Positions 46,032 through 54,090 of a stretch of 64,000 bases of DNA are shown one piece after another. The translations under genes were made by a program, and so were the position numbers. Position 1 is the first letter of the stretch. Each line of letters starts with the position of its first letter. Below the pieces are notes generated by a model. The model saw only the letters and a list, made by a program, of their open reading frames with translations. It was not told the DNA's origin and did not search any database. The stretch is from Myxococcota bacterium (GTDB lineage Bacteria > Myxococcota_A > UBA9160 > UBA6930), in contig OZ245002.1 of NCBI GenBank assembly GCA_965223415.1, positions 4,296,757 through 4,360,756 on the forward strand. Reading direction: 5' to 3'.

Positions 46032-46845
46032 CCGCGCGTCGGCCTGGGCCGAGCCCCTGACCCAGGCCGCCGCCCAGCTCGGCACGATGGCCGCGAACCT
46101 GATTCCGGACCTGGTCGGGGCCATCCTGCTGCTCCTGGTCGGGTGGGGTGCCGCCCGCGGCCTCGGGTGGCTCGTCGCTCGTGCCCTGGAGCGTCTCGGC
46201 TTCGACCGGGCCGTCGAGCGCCTCGCCGGGGACGCCCTGGGTCGGGTGGGCTTCGCGGGCTCGTCCGCCGCCGTGATGGGGCGCGTCGTCTACTGGATCG
46301 TGCTCCTCGCCTTCCTGATGGGCGCGGCCCAGGTCCTCGGCCTGGACGCCTTGACCGGCACGATCGAACGCCTCTTCGCCTACCTGCCCAACGTGCTGTC
46401 CGCCGCGATCATCGTGGTGCTGGGCGTGAGCGTCGCCCGGCTGGTCGGCGACGTCGTGACCTCCGGCGCCGGAGCGGCGAACCTGAGCTACGCCCGGCAG
46501 CTCGGCACCGCGGCGCGGGGTGCCTTCGTGGTGATGGTCGTGGTGACCGTGCTCGAGCAGCTGGGTGTCGACACGCGCGTGCTCCAGACGGCGATCACCG
46601 CGGTGCTGGCCATGATCGCGGTCGGCCTCGGCCTGAGCTTCGCCTTCGGCTCCGGCGATGTGGTGCGGGGGATCCTCGCTGGCCACTATGTCCGGCAGTC
46701 CCTGGAGGAGGGCCAGGAGGTCAGCGTCCGCGGCCGCCGCGGCCGTGTCGAGCGAATCGGGCCCGTCGAGACCCTGTTCCGGGACGGTTCCGGGAGCTGG
46801 AGCATCCCCAACGCCCAGCTGATGGCCGAAGTGATCGAGCGCTAA
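46012..46845 (+). CDS. TM_helix-repeat membrane protein with an MscS-like C-terminal beta-domain
   Basis: ATG preceded by GGGAGGGG. Modules LIPDLVGAILLLLVGWGAARGL and YLPNVLSAAIIVVLGVSVARLV. C-terminus GQEVSVRGRRGRVERIGPVETLFRDGSGSWSIPNAQL resembles the MscS beta-domain. Confidence 0.7.
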   Translation: MNETMADRASAWAEPLTQAAAQLGTMAANLIPDLVGAILLLLVGWGAARGLGWLVARALERLGFDRAVERLAGDALGRVGFAGSSAAVMGRVVYWIVLLAFLMGAAQVLGLDALTGTIERLFAYLPNVLSAAIIVVLGVSVARLVGDVVTSGAGAANLSYARQLGTAARGAFVVMVVVTVLEQLGVDTRVLQTAITAVLAMIAVGLGLSFAFGSGDVVRGILAGHYVRQSLEEGQEVSVRGRRGRVERIGPVETLFRDGSGSWSIPNAQLMAEVIER

Positions 46846-46881
46846 CGCAACAGGGAGGTTCTGGCGGGCTGGCTCGACGAG

Positions 46882-47196
46882 GTGAGCAACGTTCCGGGCG
46901 TGCCCGGCGGACGCACCTCGCTCGCCGGCCAGGTCGAAGGTGCCCTCGCGGGCGGGACGATCCAGGACCTCGGCAACGGCACGGTCCGCTTCGCGATGAC
47001 CTTCGACGCATCCGGGCTCGGGCGCGATCCCGGCAGCTCGTCCTTCGACGTCAGCTACGGCCTCACCGGGCAGTTGGTCGCCCACGCGACGGTGCCGGAG
47101 CCCGCTGCGCGGCTGCTGCTCGTTGCCGGGATCCTGGGCCTGTCCGCTGGCGAACGCACCACCGGGGGCGCTCCCGAGCGCAGGCGTAGCGTCTAG
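46882..47196 (+). CDS. ORF ending in a PEP-CTERM-like sorting tail, with no recognisable signal peptide
   Basis: C-terminus VPEPAARLLLVAGILGLSAGERTTGGAPERRRSV (PEP motif, hydrophobic span, basic cluster). In frame with the upstream gene across a single TAA (46843-46845). Confidence 0.45.
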   Translation: MSNVPGVPGGRTSLAGQVEGALAGGTIQDLGNGTVRFAMTFDASGLGRDPGSSSFDVSYGLTGQLVAHATVPEPAARLLLVAGILGLSAGERTTGGAPERRRSV

Positions 47197-48041
47197 GCCA
47201 GGTCGGGGGAGCTCGGGTTCCGGGCCAAGCGGACGTCCTCGAGGCGCAGGTCGCAGGCGGTGCGCCAGGGGTCGCCCTCGGGTGCCAGCACGTAGAAGCG
47301 GTCGTCGCGGATGGCCTGGACCGTGCGCTCGGCGATGACCTTCGGGTCGGCGCCGGTCTTCGTCGCCTCGCGGATCGCCTGCTCGACGAGACGGGTCCCG
47401 GCCGGCATCGGCTCGTCGCCGCGCTTCAGGTGGGTGGGGCGATTGCGGTCGGCGTCCCCGATGCGGGTCGCGATCAGCTCCGGGCACACGACGCTCACGC
47501 CCACCTTCGCCTGCTGCATGCGCAGCTCGTGGTAGAGGCTCTCGGACAGGGCCAGGACGGCGTGCTTGCTCATCACGTAGGCGCCGGACATCGGGGTGGC
47601 GGTGACCGCCGCCATCGAAGCCGTGTTGACCACGTGGCCTTCGTCCTGCTCGAGGAAGATCGGCACGAAGCTGCGGATGCCGTGGATCACGCCCCAGGTG
47701 TTCACGCCGAGGACCCACTCGTAGTCGGAGAGCGGGGCCTCCCAGGAGAGTCCACCGGCGAACACCCCGGCGTTGTTGCACACCACGTGGGCCGCGCCGA
47801 AACGGTCTCGGGTCGCCTCGGCGAGAGCCTGCACCGAGTCCGCCCGCGCGACGTCCGTGACCCGCCCCTCGGCCTCGATACCGGCGCCCCGGAGCCGCGC
47901 CACGACCTCGTCCAAGGCCGCTCCGTCCACGTCGGCGACCATCACGCCCATTCCCTGGCCGCCGAGACGCTCTGCCATCGCGCGACCGATCCCGCTGGCG
48001 CCGCCCGTCACCACGGCCACCTTGCCCGAGAGCTCCTGCAT
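47193..48041 (-). CDS. SDR family oxidoreductase
   Basis: VAVVTGGASGIGRAMA, NNAGV, YVMSKHAV. ATG preceded by GAGAGGAGGGG. Confidence 0.88.
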   Translation of the reverse strand: MQELSGKVAVVTGGASGIGRAMAERLGGQGMGVMVADVDGAALDEVVARLRGAGIEAEGRVTDVARADSVQALAEATRDRFGAAHVVCNNAGVFAGGLSWEAPLSDYEWVLGVNTWGVIHGIRSFVPIFLEQDEGHVVNTASMAAVTATPMSGAYVMSKHAVLALSESLYHELRMQQAKVGVSVVCPELIATRIGDADRNRPTHLKRGDEPMPAGTRLVEQAIREATKTGADPKVIAERTVQAIRDDRFYVLAPEGDPWRTACDLRLEDVRLARNPSSPDLA

Positions 48042-48053
48042 CGCCCCTCCTCT

Positions 48054-48083
48054 CGTCAGTCGTCAGTCGTCAGTCGTCAGTCG
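48054..48083. repeat. Heptanucleotide tandem repeat (CGTCAGT)x4 plus a partial unit; GACTGAC on the coding strand
   Basis: Units at 48054, 48061, 48068 and 48075. The array spans the hydrolase stop codon (48063-48065) and most of the 21-bp spacer, ending 13 nt before the SDR start. Confidence 0.9.
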
Positions 48084-48833
48084 CCAATCGTCCGTCGCCC
48101 GGCTGCGCTCGCCGCTGGCGAAGCGTCCCGCGCGCAGGAAGTGTACGACCTCGTCCGCGACCCGATCATCCCGGCGGATCTGCACGTGGCCCTGGGGCAC
48201 GATCAGGAAGTCGGTCATGCCTTCGACCCGGGCGCTCTCCACGGAGACGACGCCGTCGCTGGCACCGGTGACGATCCAGCGGCCGAAGCGCGTCGAGAGG
48301 GGATGCGCACCGGCGATGATGCCGAGCTCGTAGTCCGGGGGCGCCAGGCGGTTCGGGAAGCTCCCGCGGCCGGTGCCGAGGCTCGCCGCCGTGGGCCCCA
48401 GCACGATTCGGAACCACCAGTCGTCGCCGAAGGTGTCGACCAGCTCGCTGCCCTTGTTGGGCGGCGCGATCATCACCACCCGCCCGAGGCCGTCCGGTCG
48501 CTCTTCCGCGAGCAGCGCCCGGGTGACGACGCCGCCCAGCGAGTGGGTGACGAAGTGGAGCGGCAGCTCGTCCGCCAGGCAGCAGGCTCCGAGGGCGGCG
48601 TGGACGTGGCGTACCAGCCCGTCGGGGGGCTCGCTGCGGGAGGGGTAGCCGACGTTGTGCACGGCGTAGCCCTCCTGGTGGAGGCGCTTCTCGAGGGGGC
48701 GCATCGCCCGCGGCGTGCGCGCCAGGCCATGGAGCAATACCACGCGCTCGCTCGGCGTCTCCTCCGCGGCGGCGGGCCGGAGGCCGGCGACCAGGGTCAG
48801 GAGGGCGGTGGCGGTGATCGCGGCGCGCCTCAA
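48063..48833 (-). CDS. Secreted alpha/beta hydrolase (lipase/esterase-like)
   Basis: Tail of the composite ORF 48063..52019. Proposed TTG start at 48833 forming a TTGA overlap with the upstream stop. Signal-like [22 protein letters not shown] and nucleophile elbow FVTHSLGG. Confidence 0.7.
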   Translation of the reverse strand: MRRAAITATALLTLVAGLRPAAAEETPSERVVLLHGLARTPRAMRPLEKRLHQEGYAVHNVGYPSRSEPPDGLVRHVHAALGACCLADELPLHFVTHSLGGVVTRALLAEERPDGLGRVVMIAPPNKGSELVDTFGDDWWFRIVLGPTAASLGTGRGSFPNRLAPPDYELGIIAGAHPLSTRFGRWIVTGASDGVVSVESARVEGMTDFLIVPQGHVQIRRDDRVADEVVHFLRAGRFASGERSRATDDWRLTTDD

Positions 48834-50053
48834 TCGACGAGGGCCCCGTACACGATCGCCTTCAGCTGGCCGCGGAAGTCGAAGGTGCGCGACGGCATGA
48901 GCTGGGTCATGAACACGACGATCAGCTCCTCGGCCGGATCGATCCAGAAGATCGTGCTGGCCGCTCCGCCCCAGGCGTACTCGCCGACCGAGCCCACGTT
49001 CTGGCCCTTCACGACATCGCAGGTGATCGAGAAGCCCAGGCCGAAGCCGGTGCCGTCGTAGGGCGTCTCCGAGAACATGCCGACGGCCGCGTCCGACAGG
49101 TCCTGGCCGTCGGGCAGGTGGTTGCGGGTCATCAGGTCGAGGGTGCGCGGGCCGAGGATGCGGACCCCATCGAGGGAGCCCCCGTTCAGCAGGGCCTGGC
49201 AGAAGCGGAGGTAGTCCCCCGCCGTCGAGACGAGCCCCCCTCCCCCGGAGAAGAAGGTCACGTCCCCCAGGTAGGGGCTGTCTTCCGGGTCGTCCTCGAG
49301 GCGCAGCCGCTTGCGGGGCCCGCGCACGTAGCAGGCGGCGAAGCGGTCGCGCAGCGCGTCGGGCACGCGGAAGCCGGTCTCGTTCATGCCGAGGGGCCGG
49401 AACACGTGCTTCTCGAGGTAGCGGTCGAACGGCAGGCCCGAGATCACCTCGACCAGGTGACCGCAGACGTCCGTCGCCACCGAGTAGTTCCACGCCGTGC
49501 CCGGAGCGAACTCGAGGGGGAGGGTGGCGAGCTGCTGCACCATGTCCCGTAGGGTGCTGCCCGGCTTGCGCTCGCCCACACCGAGCTTGCGGTAGGCCGC
49601 ATCGACGTTCGTGCGCTCCATGAAGCCGTAGGTGAGTCCGGAGGTGTGGGTGAGCAGGTCGCGGACGGTCATCGGCCGCTCGCAGGGGCGCGTCACGAAG
49701 TGGGGATGGTTGCCCGTCACGTAGACGCCCAGGTCCTTCCACTCCGGGATGAAGCGGTGTACCGGATCCGTCAGCCGGAAGCGGGCCTCCTCGTGGAGCT
49801 GCATCAGGGCGACCGAGGTGATCGGCTTCGACATGGAGTAGATCCGGAAGAGCGTGTCCAGCTCTACCGGGCGCCCCCGCTCCCGATCCCGCTGGCCCAG
49901 GGCGGAGGCGTGGACGACCTCGCCGCGCCGGGCCACGACGGTGAGCGCGCCGGGGATCTTGTCCCGATCGATGTACTGCTCCTGCAGGTGGCGATCGATC
50001 TGGGCCAGGCGGGCGCTGTCGAGCCCCACGTCCTCGGGGCGGGCGGTGATCAC
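48830..50053 (-). CDS. Serine hydrolase of the beta-lactamase/esterase family
   Basis: SxxK motif [13 protein letters not shown] at 50053 preceded by GAGGAGA. The longer ORF to 50275 would overlap the divergent esterase gene. Confidence 0.8.
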   Translation of the reverse strand: MITARPEDVGLDSARLAQIDRHLQEQYIDRDKIPGALTVVARRGEVVHASALGQRDRERGRPVELDTLFRIYSMSKPITSVALMQLHEEARFRLTDPVHRFIPEWKDLGVYVTGNHPHFVTRPCERPMTVRDLLTHTSGLTYGFMERTNVDAAYRKLGVGERKPGSTLRDMVQQLATLPLEFAPGTAWNYSVATDVCGHLVEVISGLPFDRYLEKHVFRPLGMNETGFRVPDALRDRFAACYVRGPRKRLRLEDDPEDSPYLGDVTFFSGGGGLVSTAGDYLRFCQALLNGGSLDGVRILGPRTLDLMTRNHLPDGQDLSDAAVGMFSETPYDGTGFGLGFSITCDVVKGQNVGSVGEYAWGGAASTIFWIDPAEELIVVFMTQLMPSRTFDFRGQLKAIVYGALVD

Positions 50054-50117
50054 GGCGTTCTCCTCGGCAGGGATTCCGGCGGGAGGGTACAGTGTTGCCC
50101 CGCCACGGAGGATCCCC

Positions 50118-51050
50118 ATGCCCGTCGACCCCGGACTCCAGATCATCCTCGAACAGCTCGCGGCCAGCCCGGGCCCGAAGCTCCACGAGCTCGAGCCCGC
50201 GGCGGCGCGCACCTTCTTCGACGAGATGCAGGTGCCGAGCGAGGAGATCCCCCTGGCCTCGGTCGAGGACCGCACGATTCCGGGTCCGGCGGGAGCGATC
50301 CCCGTGCGCCTCTATCGCCCGCAGACCGACGCGCCGCTTCCGGTGCTCTTGTACTTCCATGGAGGCGGCTGGGTGATCGGCAGCCTCGACACCCACGACT
50401 CCACCTGCCGCGACCTCGCCCGCCAGGCCGGCTGCGCTGTGGTATCCGTCGACTACCGACTCGCGCCGGAGCACCCCTATCCCGCCGCGGCCGACGATTG
50501 CTACGCAGCCACCTGCTATGTGGCCGCGAACGGCGCCGAGCTCGGCGTGGACGGCAGCCGTCTCGCGATCGGCGGCGACAGCGCCGGCGGGAACCTCGGC
50601 GCCGTTGTCGCCCAGATGGCGCGGGACAAGGACGGGCCGCGGCTCGCCTTCCAGCTCCTGATCTACCCGGTGACCGATGCGGACTTCACCCGGGCCTCGT
50701 ACGTCGAAAACGCCGAGGGCTACCTGCTCGAGACCGCCTCGATGCGCTGGTTCTGGGACCACTACGTGCCCGACCCGGCGCGTCGTGCCGAGGCCTACTG
50801 CGCCCCGCTCCGGGCAGCCGACCTGGCCGGCCTGCCTCCCGCCCTGCTGATCACCGCGGAGTTCGATCCGCTGCGGGACGAGGGCGAGGCCTACGGGCGT
50901 CGGCTGGAGGAGGCGGGCGTGGCGGTCGCGGCACGTCGCTACGACGGCATGATCCACGGGTTCTTCGGCATGGGCCTCCTGGCCCAGGCGGCGCGAGACG
51001 CCGTCGCCGAGGCCTCTGAGGCGCTTCGCAAGGCACTCGCTTCCGCCTGA
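50118..51050 (+). CDS. Alpha/beta-hydrolase fold-3 esterase (hormone-sensitive-lipase family)
   Basis: Met 89 of ORF 49854..51050, preceded by GGAGGA. Oxyanion HGGGW and nucleophile GGDSAGGNL. Confidence 0.88.
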   Translation: MPVDPGLQIILEQLAASPGPKLHELEPAAARTFFDEMQVPSEEIPLASVEDRTIPGPAGAIPVRLYRPQTDAPLPVLLYFHGGGWVIGSLDTHDSTCRDLARQAGCAVVSVDYRLAPEHPYPAAADDCYAATCYVAANGAELGVDGSRLAIGGDSAGGNLGAVVAQMARDKDGPRLAFQLLIYPVTDADFTRASYVENAEGYLLETASMRWFWDHYVPDPARRAEAYCAPLRAADLAGLPPALLITAEFDPLRDEGEAYGRRLEEAGVAVAARRYDGMIHGFFGMGLLAQAARDAVAEASEALRKALASA

Positions 51051-51117
51051 ACGGACGGTCAGCCGGAGGCGAAAAGACCTCCGAATTCCCCGCTCAATCC
51101 CCGGTCTCCGTCGACCG

Positions 51118-53268
51118 ATGTTAGGCATTACGGACGTCCGCCCGTCCGCAGGAGCCCCGTTGCCGAACCCGTGCACCCGCTCTTCCCCGGTCGTCTGGGT
51201 CGTCTCCGCCGACGAGACCCTCTGGAGAGAGGCCGCGACGGCCCTGGAAGCCCTCGATGCGGCCACGGTGACCTTCCACTGGGAGGAGCTCGGCGCCGGG
51301 CGGCCCGCTCGGCCGGATCTCCTGCTGCTGGACGTGCGGGGTGGCGTCGACCCGGAGAAGCATCGGGAGCCCCTGCCCGCGGAAGGCCGGTACCGGGCGC
51401 CGCGGCTGCTGCTCTGCGACGAGGAGGAGGCCGCCGAGGAGGGGTTGGTGGCGTTTCCCCACGACGATGTGGTGGCTGCGCCAGGAGGCGCCGTGCCCTG
51501 GCCGCGGGTCTGCCTCCGCGCGCGGCGGCTGCTGGCCCGGGCGGCGGAGCTCGCGGCGCTTCGTACGGAACGGGACACGGCGGTCTGTGCGAGAGAGCTG
51601 GCCGGGGCGGCGAGCTGGAGCGTGGATCCGGATTCCGGGTGGGTGGAGTGCTCCGAGGAGATCGCCTCCGCGCTGGACGACGCCGGCCCGTGGCGACAGG
51701 GCCCGGAGTGGGAGCGGCTCCTCGCCCTCCTCTCGCCGGGCGCGCGGAGACACCTGACCGACACGATCGGCGACGTGGTGCGAAAGGGAGGCACCCGGGT
51801 CGTGGAGCACGCGGTGCGGGGGCCGTCCGGAGGAACCCGGACGCTCCTCCACCGCGTCCGCCGACTCGAGGAGGGCTCTCGGCGGGTGGTCGGCGCCATG
51901 CTCGACGTCACCGACGAGCGGGAGTCGTTCCGCCAGCTCCAGAAGCTCGCCCACTTCGACGCCCTGACCGGCCTGGTGACCCGCCACCACTTCCTGAGCC
52001 GGCTCTCGGAGGCGCTCACCCAGACGGGCGCGGACGCGCCGCTCGGCCTGCTCTACGTCGACCTCGACGGCCTCAAGAACGTGAACGATCGGATGGGCCA
52101 TCGCGGGGGAGACCTGCTCCTCCGCTACGCCGCCGCGCGCCTGCGCCGCGCGGTGCGGGATGCGCCGGAGGTGCCGAACCGGGTGCTCGAGGCCGAGCGA
52201 CCCATCCTCGGACGGCTGGGCGGGGACGAGTTCGCGGTGTTCCTTCCGGGCCTCGATCGCGACCAGGCCGTATCGGTCGCGATACGCGTCGTCGACTCCT
52301 TCCGCGAGGTCTTCGAGGTAATGGGTGGACGGGTCGCTGCGACCGCCAGCGTCGGCGTCGCGGCCGCGCCGGGGGACGCCGAGGCGGCAGACGAGCTGAT
52401 CCGGCATGCCGATGCGGCGATGTACGAGGCCAAGAACCAGGGTGGGGATCGCAGCCACCTCTACGAGCCGAGCCTCGCGCGCAGCCGCAATCGCCGGCGC
52501 GAGCTCCGCGACCACCTGCGGGCCGCCATCGAGCGCGGCGAGCTCGGTGTGCGCTACCAGCCGCGCGTCCAGCTGCGCAGCGGGCGGGTCGCGGGCGCCG
52601 AAGCGCTGATGCGCTGGACGAGCCCCGAGCTCGGGCGGGTCTCGCCCGCCGAGTTCATCCCGGTGGCCGAGGAGGCGGGGCTGATCGGCGCCCTCGGCGA
52701 TCTCGCCCTCGAGCAGGCGTGTCGCGACGTCCACCGCTTCGACGAGGCCGGCCTCGACGCCATCCGGCTCTCGGTCAACGTTTCCGGGGCCCAGCTGATG
52801 GAGCCTGACTACGGACCGAACCTCTTCTGCGCGCTGCAGGAGTCCGGCGTCGATCCCTCCCGGATCGAGCTGGAGGTGACGGAGAGCGTCGCGCTCTTCG
52901 GCCTCGACAGTGTGGCGGCCCTGCTGCGTGAAGTGCGCACCGCCGGTGTCCACGTGGCCCTGGACGATTTCGGCACCGGCTACTCGTCGCTCGGCGTCCT
53001 GCTCGATCTCCCCCTCGACTGCCTCAAGCTCGACCAGAGCGTGATCCGCGACCTGCACATGAACCCGGACGCGGCGAGCGTCGTGCGCGCCATGATCGTC
53101 ATGGGCCACAGCCTCGGACTCAGCGTCGTGGGCGAGGGCGTCAGCGAGCCGTCCCAGGAGCGCCTGCTTCGCGAGCTGGACTGCGACGAGATGCAGGGCT
53201 TCCTGGTCGCGCCGGCGATCGCTGCCGAGGAGCTGATCGACCTGGTGCGGCGGAGGAACCGGGCATGA
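51118..53268 (+). CDS. GGDEF-EAL protein (diguanylate cyclase/phosphodiesterase) with degenerate REC-like and PAS-like N-terminal regions
   Basis: Intact GGDEF (LGRLGGDEFAV) and EAL (GAEALMRW, ELEVTES, DDFGTGYSSL, QGF) signatures. The N-terminus resembles a receiver (DLLLLDV). Confidence 0.88.
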   Translation: MLGITDVRPSAGAPLPNPCTRSSPVVWVVSADETLWREAATALEALDAATVTFHWEELGAGRPARPDLLLLDVRGGVDPEKHREPLPAEGRYRAPRLLLCDEEEAAEEGLVAFPHDDVVAAPGGAVPWPRVCLRARRLLARAAELAALRTERDTAVCARELAGAASWSVDPDSGWVECSEEIASALDDAGPWRQGPEWERLLALLSPGARRHLTDTIGDVVRKGGTRVVEHAVRGPSGGTRTLLHRVRRLEEGSRRVVGAMLDVTDERESFRQLQKLAHFDALTGLVTRHHFLSRLSEALTQTGADAPLGLLYVDLDGLKNVNDRMGHRGGDLLLRYAAARLRRAVRDAPEVPNRVLEAERPILGRLGGDEFAVFLPGLDRDQAVSVAIRVVDSFREVFEVMGGRVAATASVGVAAAPGDAEAADELIRHADAAMYEAKNQGGDRSHLYEPSLARSRNRRRELRDHLRAAIERGELGVRYQPRVQLRSGRVAGAEALMRWTSPELGRVSPAEFIPVAEEAGLIGALGDLALEQACRDVHRFDEAGLDAIRLSVNVSGAQLMEPDYGPNLFCALQESGVDPSRIELEVTESVALFGLDSVAALLREVRTAGVHVALDDFGTGYSSLGVLLDLPLDCLKLDQSVIRDLHMNPDAASVVRAMIVMGHSLGLSVVGEGVSEPSQERLLRELDCDEMQGFLVAPAIAAEELIDLVRRRNRA

Positions 53269-53969
53269 ACGACGGGGACCGGACGCAGCGCGACGGAGTG
53301 AGCGTGGCTCCGGACGACGCGGTGGCTCCCTTCGGTCCGGGGATCCGGGTGGCCTTGCGCCAGTATGCGCCGGAGGGGCAGGACCGTGGCCTCCGCGAGC
53401 TGGGCGTCGGCGAGATCCTCACGCGCCCGCGGCTGGGCGAGCGCCTCGAGATCCGCATCCGCGGCGAGCGCGGGCTCGCGTCGAGCCCGGTTCGCGAGCT
53501 GTGCCTCCTCGGGGGGAGCCGTCTCGCCGTGGTGACCGGCCGCTGCGTCTACGTGCTGAGCCTCCTGGAAGGCGAGAGCAGCGCGCCGGAGCCGCCGGGC
53601 TTCCAGGAGCGCATCGCTGCGATGCTCGACGAGCCCGCCGCGCCCGAGACGGACCCAGGCGCGATGACCCAGTACGTCCGCATCGGCGAACCGCTCCTGC
53701 GTCCCGGGCGGGCTCCGCTCCTCGGGTGCAGCGTGCGCATCGAGCGCCGGCCGGTCGCGGATCCCGAGGCCAAGCCGGAGGCCCTCGGCAGCGGCCGGCT
53801 CCTGGCGGAGCCGGAGCTCGGCCTCTCCCTGCGCTTCCAGGACGGGGACGGCCAGGTCGTGACGACCTCGCCGCTCGAGGCCGTCGAGCTCGACGGTCCC
53901 GGCGTGGTCGAGGCCCGGACCCGCAACTCCCGCTACCGCTTCGAGGTGGAGCCGGACGAGCCGGCCTGA
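53265..53969 (+). CDS. Hypothetical protein with an internal duplication
   Basis: ATGA overlap with the GGDEF-EAL stop. Two related segments (ASSPVRELCLLGGSRLAVVTGRCVYVLSL / TTSPLEAVELDGPGVVEARTRNSRYRFEV). No family recognised. Confidence 0.55.
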   Translation: MNDGDRTQRDGVSVAPDDAVAPFGPGIRVALRQYAPEGQDRGLRELGVGEILTRPRLGERLEIRIRGERGLASSPVRELCLLGGSRLAVVTGRCVYVLSLLEGESSAPEPPGFQERIAAMLDEPAAPETDPGAMTQYVRIGEPLLRPGRAPLLGCSVRIERRPVADPEAKPEALGSGRLLAEPELGLSLRFQDGDGQVVTTSPLEAVELDGPGVVEARTRNSRYRFEVEPDEPA

Positions 53970-53979
53970 GGCCCCTGCC

Positions 53980-54029
53980 GACGAGCGCCGAGCCGACTTG
54001 CGGCACCGATGACGAGCGCCGAGCCGACT
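53980..54029. repeat. 19-bp perfect direct repeat GACGAGCGCCGAGCCGACT (two copies, 31 bp start-to-start)
   Basis: Copies at 53980-53998 and 54011-54029, in the 121-bp gap upstream of the PilZ-PilZ gene. Confidence 0.85.
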
Positions 54030-54090
54030 CGCGGGCGAGCCGGGTCAATCCAGCGCGGTGCCTTGCCGATAGGGGGGTGGGAGGGCGCCG

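Noticed and set aside
48063-52019. 1318-aa minus-strand ORF, the longest in the track
   Set aside because: Only its last 257 codons (48063-48833) look like a real protein (alpha/beta hydrolase). The rest runs antisense to, or out of frame with, well-supported genes (the beta-lactamase-fold hydrolase in another minus frame, and the HSL esterase and GGDEF-EAL gene on the plus strand). Its translation is Arg/Pro/Gly/Ala low-complexity, typical of stop-poor off-frames in very GC-rich DNA.
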